A stretch of DNA of 64,000 nt from contig NC_134027.1 in the NCBI RefSeq assembly GCF_964204645.1, forward strand, positions 25,010,560 to 25,074,559, written 5' to 3'. Origin of the DNA: Tubulanus polymorphus (Eukaryota; Animalia; Nemertea). Positions 1-14,101 of the stretch are shown piece after piece; positions within the stretch are counted from its first letter, which is position 1; each line of letters begins with the position of its first letter. Position numbers and translations under genes: made by a program. The notes beneath the pieces were generated by a model. It did no database searches. It was not told the DNA's origin and saw nothing but the letters and a program-made list of their open reading frames with translations.

Positions 1-2156
1 ATTCGAGAAGTCAAACCTACGAGACTTTTGGAACTAGGCCTTGCTTATTGTTTATTTGTACACAGGGTACCGGTGAATGCTTGTTTATAATATTAATACT
101 CGGGTGATGTTTTTTAATTTATTTAAAACGTGCATAATGATGATGATTTAATTTGATTGTTATGTTAGTTGAGATTAGTGCTATAGATGATTATGTGTCA
201 AAACCTGGAAGGTATTGTCGTTTCGTTATTACTAAGTCCATAAATCAAGCTGTTGATGTTTAAAATGCATATGCATATATTATTATCATTATCATAATCA
301 TAGGGCCTGCTTACTTAATCATTGTTAAAATGTTCATCTTTTTGAAAACTGACTCATTGGGATAGTAATTAGGGTGGGTGCCTTTTTTTGGTGACGCACT
401 TTGCACCGCAATCCTAGAAGATTTGATGAAAGAAGAGACGGTTTGTCAAGAGTTTATCAACCCGAAAGTTCGTCTACACCAGAGTAACACTTCTTTAAGG
501 TTCAAGTTTTGCAGCAAAAGCTTTGTTGATAAGCCCGATACGCTAAGTGGGTCAAGTGCAATTTTCGGAAAAAAAATTCTAAACAGACGAAAAACAAAAA
601 ATATTGAGTGATTTGGTCAGTGAACCGCCTCACTGAGTGATTCGGTTCCTATTGTCGGAGGTTTTTGCCCTTTGAGTCAGCTTCTAAAAGCCGATACTGT
701 TCTATATCGTGCTCCCCTTGATCCATCCAATCTACTATCCGCCCAGTTGATGCATCTGATTATATAGATACATGATCCTTAACGAAAGGGGTGTTTATCC
801 GTCTATATTATATGTCCATCCATGAATGATAAGTAGGCCACCGTTGGTTAGATTCCAGATCCAGTCTAACAGATAGTTCTGTCGGTTTGGTTTGACTCTG
901 GGCCCACTAAACCTAAGTTAACTAATGTAGCCATAACAACACGAGCGTTCTTGACCAGGCGTTAAATTAGGTCCGTGCCTATCCATCAACTGGCCCCCAA
1001 TTGGTCGCTGACTGGTTGACACGGGCCAAGATTATCCAAACAGGTAAAGGTCGGACCAACTTTAGCCCCTGCCTTGGCAGTGACTTAATGGGTGCCTAAT
1101 TTGTGTATCGTATTGTCACAAGGATCGATTATTATCGATCTATAATACTCGATCCTTTCTGGTCGAATGCTAACGGTTCCGGAAGTGACTCACCTCGCTT
1201 GCCACGGCATCGTTTTGATAGTAGTTCGGTATCGAGTGATTTACGCGTGAACGCGCGGTTTGATAAAGCCCGGACCAAGTATGCGACCATGGTGTGGTCC
1301 GGACCTGTTTGACCCTGGCCAAATCGTCTTCCGTGCGATCGCCTCATTGTATTCGACACTTCTGTTGCCAACATTTCACGTAATGGTAATTCACCTAGTG
1401 TTTCCAATCGCTCGGCGTCATTACAAGGTACCGTGTCTTTCTGAATTTTATTCATAGCTTTTATAGTCACAATTTGCTGAAGCAAAAAAAAAATCCAAAA
1501 CATATAGTGGAATTATTGTTGTAATGTTGCCGATTATGAATCAATAAACTCAGCGTTGCTTTTAGGTTTTTGTGAGTTGCCTTGACTTTCAAGTTCATTT
1601 CATCATGAAACTGTTAAACAACAACAGTCTTGCTACTATTATTTTGGAAATTTAGACTTTTAAACTCGAGTGTTCGACTTAGCATTTCGAGATGCAGAAG
1701 AGAGATTTCGAGTTAAAATAGTCAAAATTTCGACTTAGAAACAAATCATACGGCCACAATGCTCTTCCGTTAACACACTCTCCATCGATGATAGATTTAT
1801 TTTCTTGACGTCTTGCAAACTGGCGCCTGGTAACTGGAAACTTCCCTTCTGAACGTCAACGAATTCGGCAGCATTGAGTGTAATCAATTCGATAATCTTA
1901 TAGTTTCCGAGCGAAAAATTAAACATTTTCAGCCGTTGTTTCTTACTTTGTTATGATCTGAAATTCTCATCAGAACCTTCTGTTGGATTTTATGTGTATT
2001 TGTATATTTCATTTCATTTTGTATTAACTACTTTGTATGTTCTCTTCTCATCCCTTCTCATCTGATTGTGCTTTTTTATCTTTATTAAACCTTCGATTTT
2101 GTTTCTTAGCACTGTATGACTATAATTGTATGTCTACCTATGTCCATTTTCCTTCG

Positions 2157-2340
2157 TTTGACATTGGGAGGAATGTTCCTCTCGAAGTCAATACCTTGAA
2201 TATCAGACTTGAAGGTCAAATTCTCTTATTTTGACCTTGGGAGGAATATTCCTACCAAAGTCAATTGTTTGAATATCGGACCCCTTGGTCAAGTTTCCAT
2301 CGTTTGACTTTGTGAGGAATATTCCTCCCAAGGTCAATTT
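2157..2340. repeat. Degenerate tandem repeat, 3 copies (~73-bp period)
   Basis: TTTGACnTTGnGAGGAATrTTCCT...GTCAA recurs at ~2157, ~2230 and ~2303. Confidence 0.75.
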
Positions 2341-2988
2341 TCACAGCGGTCCTCTTAATCGGTGATAATCAAAGAACGCGCGGCTCAGATTTCTATTGTG
2401 TGCCTATCGCGCGCTGCGCGTGAATCACTTACGTAATCTTTTCTGTAAACGTGAAGACCTCGGGGGCATTATGTTCTCTAAAGCCCGACATTATCCCACA
2501 TTCCGGACTGTTAATAGGTTGATTTTACGGCAGAGTCGACATGTTTCAACATATGAATATTTGAGGACATAGGAACTAAAAATCAGTTCAATTTTTGATA
2601 CATTTTGCGAAAGTCACAAAACATTTCAGACCAACACCCTGTTCAGACTGCGTTCTGGTTGTATTTACTTCTTAATTGGTAGCTGATGTTACACTATTCA
2701 TATTGCAGGAAACATCTTTGCGGCCCTTTAGGAGTAGTAGTATATTTTCATTCATTTTTCACAAGTCAAGTTCGATGTGTACAAGTCGATACATTTTTTA
2801 ATCGGTATCGGTTGGCACTGAGGGTGCGGTGCGTGATCAATCTTTTTCCAAGAGGACGGCGACGACTGGAAGATGACGTAAATCTCAACCGATGACGATC
2901 TTCATTGAAATATCTATCTGTGAAGGTTAGGTAATTCTAATCGATCATTTGAAATGTGAAAATGAAAGGCTCCAAATTATGCATTTCA

Positions 2989-4066
2989 TTATTGATGTTT
3001 TATCGAAGCCCGCTTTTTGCAGCAAACGTTGCTTAAAATATCAATAGCTACTTTTCTAAATCTCTCATTTGTAGCGCAATACACGATAAAGTTTACTGAT
3101 GAATCAGTGATTGAAAATCCCATCGCCAGCTGATTCATAATGTTCAGAAAAGAGATGTAACCTAAAAGCATAAAACGTTCGATAAAACCAAAACCTTCAC
3201 AGAAAATAAACAACAAAACTACTGATAAAACCATCCTTAAAACCCTCATTTCCCTTCTAGACGATTCATCAGTTACACCGAGCTCTGAACGTCGAGTAAC
3301 CCGACGAACGAATATCGCCAAAATAAGTATAAGATTGATAACAAATAAAAGGCAAATTGGGATCATAACAGTAAGATACAACAATAGATAGATCCCAGAG
3401 ATTTTGCGCCAATTTTCGAGGGTAGACCACGCGGAGTAGTGATAAGACCTACCGATTACCATGATATATGGCCACTCAACAGGGCAATTAATGAATACCA
3501 GTTCATGCTCAGGTATGAAGCGAATAAAGTGGCCAAAAAGCCAAAAGTGAAATGAACACCATCGCGCATTGTGATATGAACTTCATCGGAATTTTACGAG
3601 ATTTCAGTGGAAGCAATACGACGATTAACCGCTCTAGACTGAGCAGTACAGTGCACCAGTTACGTGTCATCTGAGACACGTAGAAAAACGGCAAGGCGAC
3701 TGCGATGAAAATCTTACCGAAATTCCAATCATTCCATCGAAACACCATATCCCCTAAAACGGCGTAAACGTACGCAGTTCTCAGCGGATACAAAATAAAT
3801 GTAGTCATCATAAACGAAAGATCAGTTAAAGCCAGAATTTTGATGAGAAAATAATTATCAGATTTAAATCGTTTCAGAACTAACAACGTGAATGCGTTGA
3901 ATATAAAACCCAGTATTGTCGCCGGCAGATACCAGCCTAAGTATATTGATATGCAGAATTTGTTGATCCATTGAATTGGTGTAGTTTCTCTAAAAAAACA
4001 CCAGGTGATGAGTTGAGTTGTTGTCAATGTAGCAGCACTTGTACTAGTAAAGTTGTTATCAAACAT
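2989..4066 (-). pseudogene. GPCR copy 1 (rhodopsin-class, FMRFamide-receptor-like), single frameshift
   Basis: ORFs 3509..4150 and 2989..3462 join into one 7TM protein (MFDNNFT...SLERL...DSSVNFIVY). There is a 2-nt deletion at ~3535 (TTT TGT GGC in paralogs vs TTT T GGC). The ATG aligned with the paralogs is at 4066. Confidence 0.85.
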
Positions 4067-5413
4067 CTCATAAACTGTAAAACCGGACGCACAGAGCAGA
4101 CGGAAACACGTTTCAAACAGAAAACTCGACGATACTTGAAAATGACACAAAATCGCTCCACTAATCGCGTCAAATTGATGCGATACTCTAGATTATTTTT
4201 GTTTCGTGTTTGTGCACGTCTCCGCGCGCCCGATTTTAGTCTCCGAACGGACAGTTTGATTTGTTCTATTGCGTTGAGACAATGAATACGTGTTAATCCA
4301 CCGATACGGATACGTAATGTCAAAACGACTGAGTCGCGGTTTTGTCAATGCGGTACTGGTTCTATGGTATTATTGAACATACCATGAGCTGCGAACAGCA
4401 ATCTCTGTACATACAGTTTTGATACAAACATTTGCTAAAACGTCCAGTGAAAATAATTATCAAATTAAATTAGGTTTTGTATCTTTTCGCGTTGATTTGA
4501 TCAAATGAAATTTTGACTATTCAAATTTTACCACACGATGTTTCAGGTTTCATTATTTTACTGCATTTATATTCTATGAAAGACTGTGTGTAAATATTTC
4601 ACTTAGATTCGTGGTATGTATGCGAAAATAATGTAAATTCATGTTTCCTTATAAAACAAAACTAACATCCATGTATGAGATGAAACTATGTATATTTCAT
4701 TATTAGCAGTTTAACCTCCGAGAATTTGTTTGATAATTTAACATTTCACAAATAAGTATTTTAAAAATCTAAGAAATGTTGCCCATGTTGCATGTGTAGC
4801 CTGTATTGAAGGAAACGAAACATCATGATCGACAGATCGACACGGATAGACCGACACAATAAACTCAAGATATCGGTGGCCAATAGCATCTACAAAAGAT
4901 ATTTGTACATCTGTCTCTTCTGCACTGCCCCGCTTCAAATACAAATATTACGGTTTTTGGGATCTGAAAGTACGTTGAGGTGGAATTGGTCGCGTGGCAG
5001 GCCTGTAATATTCTAATCATCATTTTTAGGTGACCATCAAGCCTCCGTTAGATCGGGCTCAATGCGACACTCAATAACCAAGAGACCACTTTAGAATGTT
5101 CAAATGATATTGTTGTATTTTTCTGCGTGTACCAAGTCAGTACCAAATCAGTTTTTCATAAACGACAATAGGTGACTTTATGTGTTATGTGGTGAAAGCT
5201 CTCCGTGGACTTTTCTGTACACGAGATTTTTACAATGAAACAGTGACAGCAAGTAGTATATATGCATGAGCTCAATACGGTATTCAAATCGTCAATGTAT
5301 TGCAACAGCTCGAAAATAAAATGTTGGACTTCGGACGCCATCGTTTATAAACCGTTCTTGAATTGTTTGCCCATTGCGCCATGGTCTGTTTGTGGATAAT
5401 CTTATCCTGTGTT

Positions 5414-6498
5414 TTATTGTTTTCGTCCTATCGAAGCGTTCTGTTTGCAGCATACATTGCCTAAAATATCATGAGCTACTTTCCTGAATTTGCCATTTGT
5501 CGCGCAATACACGATAAAGTTTACTGACGAATCGACGATAGAAAATCTCAATGCTATTTGGTTCATAATGTCAAAAAATTGGATACAACCTAATCTCATT
5601 AAACGGTGGATGAAACCAAAACCTTCGCAAATAATAAACACATAACTACTGATAAGACCATCCTTAAAACCCGTATTTCCGTTCTAGACGATTCGTCGGT
5701 TATACCGAGCTCTGAACGTCGAGTAACCCGACGAACGAATATCACCAGAATAAGAAAAACATTGATAACAACTATGAGGCAAATTGGAATCATAGCGGTA
5801 AGATACATGAAAAAATAAATCTCAGAAATGTCGAAACGCCATCCATATTGTTCAAACCATCGGGGGTAGTTATAATACTTAACACGTATTGTAATATAAG
5901 GCCATTGAACAGGACAGTTCATAAATCCAAGTTTATTCTCAGGAATGAAGTGAATAAAATGGCCACAAAAAGTCAAAACTGAAATGGATGCCATCGCGCA
6001 TTGTGATATGAACTTCTTGGGGATTTTACGAGATTTCATTGGAAACGATACGACGATTAACCGCTCTAGACTGAGCAGTACAGTGCACCAGTTACGCGTC
6101 ATCTGAAACATGTAGAAAAACGGCAAGGCGACTGAGATGAAAATCCAACCAAATTTCCAGTCATTCCAGCGAAACACAATATCTCCTAAAATGGCGTAAA
6201 TGTACGCAGTTCTCAGGGGATAAAGAATGAATGTAGCGATCATAAACAAAAGATCGTTTATAGCGAGAATTTTGATGAGAAAATGATTATCAGATTTAAA
6301 CTGTTTTAGCACCAACAACGTGAATGCGTTAAATAGCATACCCAGTATAGACGCCGGTAGATACCAGCCTAAATATGTAAAAACACTGACTTTGTTGATC
6401 CATTTGACTGGGAGATGAATTTGAATTCTCTGACACAAGCTGGGTTGTTGCGACGTTGTCAATACAGGACTTGTGCTTGTAACGTTTTCATCGAGCAT
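5414..6498 (-). pseudogene. GPCR copy 2, single frameshift in TM6
   Basis: ORF 5599..6570 continues in ORF 5414..5641. There is a 1-nt deletion at ~5641 (GTT ATG TG TTT vs paralog GTT TTG TTG TTT). The ATG of MLDENVT is at 6498. Confidence 0.85.
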
Positions 6499-6675
6499 CC
6501 CACGATCTGTTAGTGACAAAATTACAGTCAAACCGTAGTATTCACGACACCTTTCAAAAAAGCGATCCAATTAGCGGTACTGAACGATCACGTTAGCGGT
6601 GCACGGTGTTATCGATTCTCATTAATTATTACATTTTTTTCTTAGATGCCGGTGAAAATGTAGTCACAGAGCCGC

Positions 6676-6874
<199 letters not shown>

Positions 6875-7639
6875 CAAATCCATATATATATAATCAAATC
6901 CATCTACGTTCGTCATTTAGAATTTCGTCTCGAAGCATTTTCGTCATTCGGTGAAGCGATGAACATATGTAGTGATGTGATTAAGATAATGTTAGAAGGT
7001 CAACTTACAGTTCGCTGAAAATCCTGATAACAAACTATGAAAGCTTATAAGTAAATGCTACTAATATCCAAGGCATTGGAAATCACAGAACCGCAGTCTC
7101 AAAAGCCGCAGTCTCTTTAAAGCAATTTTCAGCTAACAGAATAGTGAAATCAATTAATGTGGGTCATTTCATAAAACTCATTTGATAAAAGCTTTTAACC
7201 CGGCACTTACGCGATGACGGAAGATTAGAACTGAATTTTTGGAATTACCTTTTAACTACGCACAATTTGAAAATAATTTAGTGGGTGCCATTCCAAAAGT
7301 TCATTCGTTCCGAAAGCATGTAGTCGTGAATCATTTTGCGTACGAAAGTAATCTTTCTTCGTCGCTGAATAAGAAGTCAATGCAGAAAAACAAAAATTAG
7401 TTTCAACAAAGATTTTACTAGCGAAGGTAGCTTCGATCGATGCACGTTCAATACTTCTATATAAAGAACAAGACAACTAAGTTGAAAGTAAGTTTATTGG
7501 CACATTGAAAAAAAAATAAGTGTATAATACTTTTAAGAGGCGGTTTCGTCTTTTTTGTTTTGCTTTTTTGTAAAGCTTGAAAATGGATTGATATCTACTG
7601 AGAGTTATACGCGGCTCTGAAACACAACCGTAGAACTGG

Positions 7640-7772
7640 GGCGCGGGTGCAGAAAAACGCTGTTAGCTAACCATTGTCTTCGCGCCGCGGCCTCTTATTT
7701 CAAGCTGGTTAGCCTAACCACGGATAAGTCACTAACCACGGTTAGGCTGACAGGGTTTTCCTGCGCCCGGCC
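7640..7772. mobile_element. Short MITE-like element
   Basis: Imperfect inverted termini GGCGCGGGTGCAGAAAAAC / GTTTTCCTGCGCCCGGCC with internal TAACCACGG repeats. Confidence 0.55.
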
Positions 7773-8013
7773 TTGGGGGATTTTTTATTTAATGTAAGTG
7801 AAGACGGAAAGTATTATTTTGGAGCGAGCTGAATATAGATCCTGGAAACTGGTGGCGTTGAGCGTGCGGAACTTCATTTTTTTCTATAATGGCGGTACCT
7901 GGCGAGTAAGTGATAGAATTTCTTGCGTGTCTGGCGACGACTACATGACACCGTTCACGCAGATTAGGTGAAGTGCTACATCAAAAAAAAAAACAGTTGA
8001 AATCGTGATTTTT

Positions 8014-9120
8014 CTACAAAGTATCTGTTATTTTATTTTTTGCAAATTTTCTCGAAGTACGTTTTTTGAAGCAGGCGTCACTTAAAATATCAACGGCTAC
8101 TTTTCTGAATTTGTCATTTGTCGCGCAATACACGATAAAATTTACTGACGAATCGACGATAGAAAATCCCAACGCTATTTGTCTCATAGACCCTCCTACA
8201 AGCTTCGGAATATATCTTAAAATCATTAAACGGTCGATAAAACCGAAACCTTCGCAAATGATAAACAACGAAACTACTGATAAAACCATCCTCAAAACCC
8301 TCATTTCCCTTCTAGACGATTCATCAGTTACACCGAGCTCTGAACGTCGAGTAACCCGACGTAAAAAAGTCGCAGAAATAATAACAGCATTGATGACAAC
8401 TAAAACACAAATTGGGATCAAGGCAGTTAAAAACATAAAAAGATAGAATTCGGAGATTTCGTAACGCCATCTTCCTTGGTCGAACCATACGGGATATTGG
8501 TATCTTCTAACTCGCCTTGTGATATAGGGCCACTGAACAGGGCAGGTCATATATCCGAGGTGATATTCCGGTAAAAAGTGAATGAAATGTCCACAAAAAC
8601 TGACGAGTGAAATGAACATCATCGCGCATTGCGATATGAACTTCTTGGGAATTTTACGAGATTTTATCGGAAATAATACGACGATTAACCGCTCTAGACT
8701 GAGCAGTACAGTGCACCAGTTACGCGTCATCTGAAACATGTAGAAAAACGGCAAGGCGACTGAGATGAAAATCCAACCAAAATTCCATTCATTCCAGCGA
8801 AATACAATATCTCCTAAAATGGCGTAAACGTACGCAGTTCTAACTGGAAAAAGAATGAATGTAGCGATCATAAACAAAAGATCGTTGACAGCGAGAATTT
8901 TGATGAGAAAATAATTATCAGATTTAAATCGTTTTAGAACTAACAACGTGAACGCGTTGAATATTATGCCCACAACAGACGCCGGAAGATACCAGCCTAA
9001 ATACATCAATACGCAGAATTTGTGAATCCATCTTACAGGACGAGTTCGAATTCGTTGACACAGGTTGAGTTGCGATGGTGTAAATGCGATGGTTGTGCTA
9101 GTAATGTTATAGTCGAACAT
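8014..9120 (-). CDS. GPCR copy 3, intact single-coding-exon rhodopsin-class receptor (368 aa)
   Basis: Open frame MFDYNIT...KITDTL*. It has an N-terminal NxT sequon, seven hydrophobic segments, SLERL in place of DRY, an ECL2 cysteine (TCPVQWPY) and DSSVNFIVY in place of NPxxY. Confidence 0.92.
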   Translation of the reverse strand: MFDYNITSTTIAFTPSQLNLCQRIRTRPVRWIHKFCVLMYLGWYLPASVVGIIFNAFTLLVLKRFKSDNYFLIKILAVNDLLFMIATFILFPVRTAYVYAILGDIVFRWNEWNFGWIFISVALPFFYMFQMTRNWCTVLLSLERLIVVLFPIKSRKIPKKFISQCAMMFISLVSFCGHFIHFLPEYHLGYMTCPVQWPYITRRVRRYQYPVWFDQGRWRYEISEFYLFMFLTALIPICVLVVINAVIISATFLRRVTRRSELGVTDESSRREMRVLRMVLSVVSLFIICEGFGFIDRLMILRYIPKLVGGSMRQIALGFSIVDSSVNFIVYCATNDKFRKVAVDILSDACFKKRTSRKFAKNKITDTL

Positions 9121-10073
9121 CCCGTAAGCTTTATGAAGCAATCTCTGTAAAAACAGGTCGATTGCTCTTTCAGAACCACGAAAGTCTAGTGAATCAGCTT
9201 TTGTATCTTTTCAGTCGTCGTTCTCGTAGTTTTTATTTGATTAAGTTTGAACCATTCAACACAAAAAACGTTCGATGAAATGCTGCCATATCATTGCACC
9301 GAATCTGATTTACTTCATAAAACCTTTTCACATAAGTTTTCCGGCGACATTTGATGTTCATGTAATTTTATCAAAACTTCGCAGGTAATTCGTCGGTGAA
9401 TTCTGATTTGAAATGCAATTTGATACACGCAAATATGTCCATGTAACCTCTTGCAAACAGAAATAATCGGAAAGGTTTGATAGAGGACCAGTTTTGACGA
9501 AAAGATAGTGAACTGATCTTGACTTTAGCTGAAATAGGGATTGACCCTGTTATTTATTTGGTTGGTAAATTTCGTTCGATTTTTTTTCTAATGCTGGTCT
9601 TAGGTGAAAGCAATGCTGCTGCCCGTAGTATAGCGCCTGTGGTACAACACTAACGATAGCAATAATTTTTCATTCAAAGGTGCTTAACATTGAAAAATTC
9701 TCAAAGCTCTTTACAAAATATACATATATCATTTTTTATGATTAGATATATTGCATCAAATAACAGAGACTGAACTGAATAGTGAATTCTACTCGGATAG
9801 TAGTCGTCCCTTTCGCAGTGCCGTCTTGATGTCTACGATGAACAAGTCTGCAAGACGCTGTCATTGGTCGTTTCACTGATCTAAGGCTCGCCGAGACTAT
9901 TCGGAAGTCGCTAGTGGTAAAGAGTTAATGTTCTACAGCTGCTTTCTAATAAATGTGATTTTTCCCTCATCATCTAAATACATTCCTCTCCTTAGTCCTT
10001 TCCTTTTACGAGCTGATTTTGGGTTAATTCCATATCTGGTTGTTGTTCTGCATGTTCCAATATTCAACTTTAT

Positions 10074-10501
10074 TACCCCGTATCATGATATACGGCCAAT
10101 GGGCGGAGCATTTCAAAAAGATAAGACTATTTGCTCGTATTGATTGAGCTAGATGACCACAAAAACTCAACAGTGAAATGAATATCATCGCGCCTGTTGA
10201 TAGTGTTCTTTTAGGTATAACTTCTACGAGATTTTATCGGAAACATTACTAACCGCTCTAGACTGAGCAGTACAGTGCACCAGTTACGCGTCATCTGAAA
10301 CAAGTAGAAAAATGGCAAGGCGACTGAGATGAAAATCCAACCAAAATTCCGGTCGTTCCAGCGAAACACATGATCTCCTAAAACAGCGTAAATGTACGCA
10401 GTTCTCAGGGGATAAAGAATAAATGTAGCGATCATAAACAAAATATCGTTTATAGCAAGAATTTTGATGAGAAAATAGATATCAAATCTAAATCGTTTTA
10501 G
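10074..10501 (-). pseudogene. GPCR copy 4, internal fragment (TM2 to ECL2) related to copy 5
   Basis: ORF 10211..10441 plus flanking homology. The 5' part is missing at the (TA)n palindrome. TM5-TM7 are deleted, so ECL2 sequence abuts a 3' flank (~9915-10065) resembling 11322-11475. Confidence 0.85.
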
Positions 10502-10506
10502 TATTT

Positions 10507-10690
<184 letters not shown>

Positions 10691-11542
10691 CAACAATTTT
10701 GTAAATTCTCTTTTTTGAATCTCATTGTGCTCTTTTATACTTTTATATACGGTGGCTGATTCGGGAAACGTCAATATGTTTCATCCTCCACGAAAACGTT
10801 CGAAAACAAACTTAATGCGCGCAAAAACAAAAACTTTTCATCAACGTTTTTTGTGAACTCACAGTACGACAGCCTCTCTTCTGATGATGGATATATTTTC
10901 ATTTCGTCTTGTTAAAACTACGAATTAAAACAATCGAATCGTTCGATTTGAATCGCGAAACGAACATGAATTTGATCGTTAGAAGACTTAGATATTAAAA
11001 CATGAAGGTAAAGAGACTAAAATCCGACAAATTAAATGAATTGAAACAGTTTTTGGCCATCGTACTAAAAATGCAGCACGTATAATTTTATATCTGAAAA
11101 AAGTGTTGGTTACAATATCATTTTGAGACGGTCTCGAGGAAAAGCTTTTAAAATTTTCGATAAACAGGTTTTGATGATGTACATTCGATTCAGACTCTCA
11201 ATTGGTCAGAATTTATTTGTACTTTTTTTGCATGAAAAAAATATCTTTTTTTTCGACGAAGAGAATCATCGAAAAAATCTTCAAGAAATCGTCGGAGAAA
11301 TTCAATTTGGTAAATTACCAGTGACAAAGAGTTAATGCTCTACAACTTTAAAAAGAATGAAAGCTTTCTCTCGTGTTTTAGGAAGAGTTCTGAGTATTTT
11401 CCTTTCACGAGCTGATTTTGGGTTAAGTGCAGTTTTGGTTGTTGACGACAGCGCTTCATGTGCTGAATATTGAAACGATGAAATATTCGAATTGTATTCG
11501 AAGTTTGCAAACTTTATCGAAGTACGTTGTTCATTGCTTCGG

Positions 11543-12612
11543 TTATGATTCGAATGGTAACTTCTTTTCTGAACAGATCCCGCTTAAAATTGCGATAGCT
11601 ATTTTTCTGAATTTTTCATTTGTCGCGCAATACACGATAAAGTTTACCGACGAATCGATGATAGAAAATCCCAACGCTATTAGACTCAAGCGCGGAATGA
11701 AAGGTATATATCCGCTACGACTAAGGCGGTGAATAAAACCAAAACCTTCGCAAATAATAAACAACAAAACTACCGATAAAACCATCCTTAAAACCCTCAT
11801 TTCCCTTCTAGACGATTCATCAGTTATACCGAGCTCTGAACGTCGAGTAACCCGACGCACAAATATCGCTGAAATAAGAATAACATTGATAACGACTAAA
11901 AAGCAAATTGGGATCATGGCAGTAAGATACATGAACAGAATTCTGTGAGAAACTAGGAAGCGCCATCTATCTAAATGCGAATTCCAGTATTTAGCTGTCT
12001 TACCCCGGACAATGATGTACGGCCAATGGGCGGGACATTTCAAAAAGATAAGATTATTTGTTGGGATTGATTGAACAAAATGACCACAAAAACTTGACAG
12101 TGAAATAAGTATCATCGCACCTGTCGATAGTGTTCTTTTAGGTAAGTTATGAGATTTGATTGGAAACAATACGACGATTAACCGCTCTAGACTGAGCAGT
12201 ACAGTGCACCAGTTACGCGTCATCTGAAACATGTAGAAAAACGGCAAGGCGACTGAGATAAAAATCCAACCAAAATTCCAGTCACTTATGCGAAACACAA
12301 TATCGCCCAAAACGGCGTAAACGTACGCAGTTCTCAGCGGATAAACAATAAATGTAGCGATCATGAACAAAAGATCGTTTATAGCGAGAATTTTGATAAG
12401 AAAAAATTATCAGATTTAAATCGTTTTAGAACTAACAACGTGAATGCGTTGAATATCAAACCCAGCACTGACGCCGGTAGATACCAGCCTAAATACGTAA
12501 GAGCGAACAATTTGTTGATCCACACAACAGGACGATTTTGCAGTCTTTGACACCGGTTGAGTTGAACTGTAGTCAATGCAAGACTTGCGCTGGTCACGTT
12601 TTCATCGAACAT
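11543..12612 (-). pseudogene. GPCR copy 5, single 1-nt frameshift (possibly intact if this is a homopolymer error)
   Basis: ORFs 12379..12663 and 11543..12370. The paralogs' AAT TAT TTT reads AAT TTT TT at ~12401-12406. The ATG of MFDENVT is at 12612. Confidence 0.8.
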
Positions 12613-13009
12613 CCCGCGATCTGCCGGTTCGAGACGACCGATGATATCCGCGACACCTTTCAAAAACGAATCCGATGATGAAGTGTAGTATGATGGCGAT
12701 GTCGTTCGCTCGCTGCGTAATTGGTGTAAGTTAATTGGATTATCGTTTAAATCCCTATAGCGATATCAGTTTATTGGTATATGTAAAGTTTCCCATTTTA
12801 ATGATTACATTTTTTGTCAAATATCGTGCTAAATTTAGCAGTAAAGCCACGTATGTACACGCATTAATAAATCACGTCATTTTACGTTAATCAAAATATT
12901 ATCGTGACAAGATGAATAAATGCGATAGAAGTGTTCTTAGTAGTATGTGTTGTGAGGGCCTGGTGTTATTTCATTCTTCTGGAATCGTATTTTCCCATTT
13001 TCAATATGA

Positions 13010-14101
13010 TTATATCATAAGTGCTTTATTATTTGCTCGGTTTATCGAAGCCGTTTGTTTCAGGCAAGCAATATTCAGAACATCGACAGATACTTTTCGG
13101 AATTGTTCATTTGTCGCGCAATATACGATAAAGTTTACTGACGAATCGACGATGGAAAATCCCAACGCTATTAGTCTCATTGTGTTCAAATATGGTATAT
13201 AACCAAAATTCATTAAACGATCGATGAAACCGAAACCTTCGCAAATAATAAACAACAAAACTACTGATAAAACCATCCTTAAAACCCTCATTTCCCTTCT
13301 AGACGATTCGTCAGTCACACCGAGCTCCGAACGTCGAATAACCAGACGATAGAATGTCACCGAAATAAGCAAAACATTGATAACTACTAAAAAGCAGATT
13401 GGAAGCATAATAGTTAGATACATGAATAAATATAGACCGGAAATATCGTAACGCCATCTGTATTGGTCAAACCACATTGAGTATCGATAAACCTTAACAC
13501 GTAACGTAATATATGGCCATCGAACAGGGCAATTCATAAATCCAAGATGATATTCAGGCAGGAATTGAATAAAATGACCCATAAAACTAACTAGTAAAAC
13601 AAACGCCATCGCCCAAACTGATATCAACTTCTTAGGAAATTTTCGAGATTTTATCGGAAACAATACGACGATTAACCGCTCTAGACTGAGCAGTACAGTG
13701 CACCAGTTACGTGTCATCTGAAACATGTAGAAAAACGGCATGGCGACTGAGATAAAAATCCAACCAAAATTCCAGTCATTCAATCGAAACACAATATCCC
13801 CTAAAACGCCGTAAACGTACGCAGTTCTCAGTGGATAAAGAATGAACGTAGCGATCATAAACAAAAGATCGTTAAAAGCGAGAATTTTGATTAGAAAATA
13901 ATTTTCAGATTTAAATCGTTTTAGAACTAACAACGTGAATGCGTTGAATATTAAACCCAGTACAGACGCCGGTAGATACCAGCCTAAATACACAATAACA
14001 CTGAATTTGTTAATCCATTGAACAGGACGAGTTTGAATCTCCTGACACAAGTTGAGTTGAGATGGTGCAGAAGTTGTACTGGTAATATTATTATCAAACA
14101 T
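13010..14101 (-). CDS. GPCR copy 6, intact (363 aa)
   Basis: Full 7TM ORF with the same SLERL and DSSVNFIVY motifs. An in-frame TAG two codons upstream fixes the ATG. Confidence 0.93.
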   Translation of the reverse strand: MFDNNITSTTSAPSQLNLCQEIQTRPVQWINKFSVIVYLGWYLPASVLGLIFNAFTLLVLKRFKSENYFLIKILAFNDLLFMIATFILYPLRTAYVYGVLGDIVFRLNDWNFGWIFISVAMPFFYMFQMTRNWCTVLLSLERLIVVLFPIKSRKFPKKLISVWAMAFVLLVSFMGHFIQFLPEYHLGFMNCPVRWPYITLRVKVYRYSMWFDQYRWRYDISGLYLFMYLTIMLPICFLVVINVLLISVTFYRLVIRRSELGVTDESSRREMRVLRMVLSVVLLFIICEGFGFIDRLMNFGYIPYLNTMRLIALGFSIVDSSVNFIVYCATNEQFRKVSVDVLNIACLKQTASINRANNKALMI

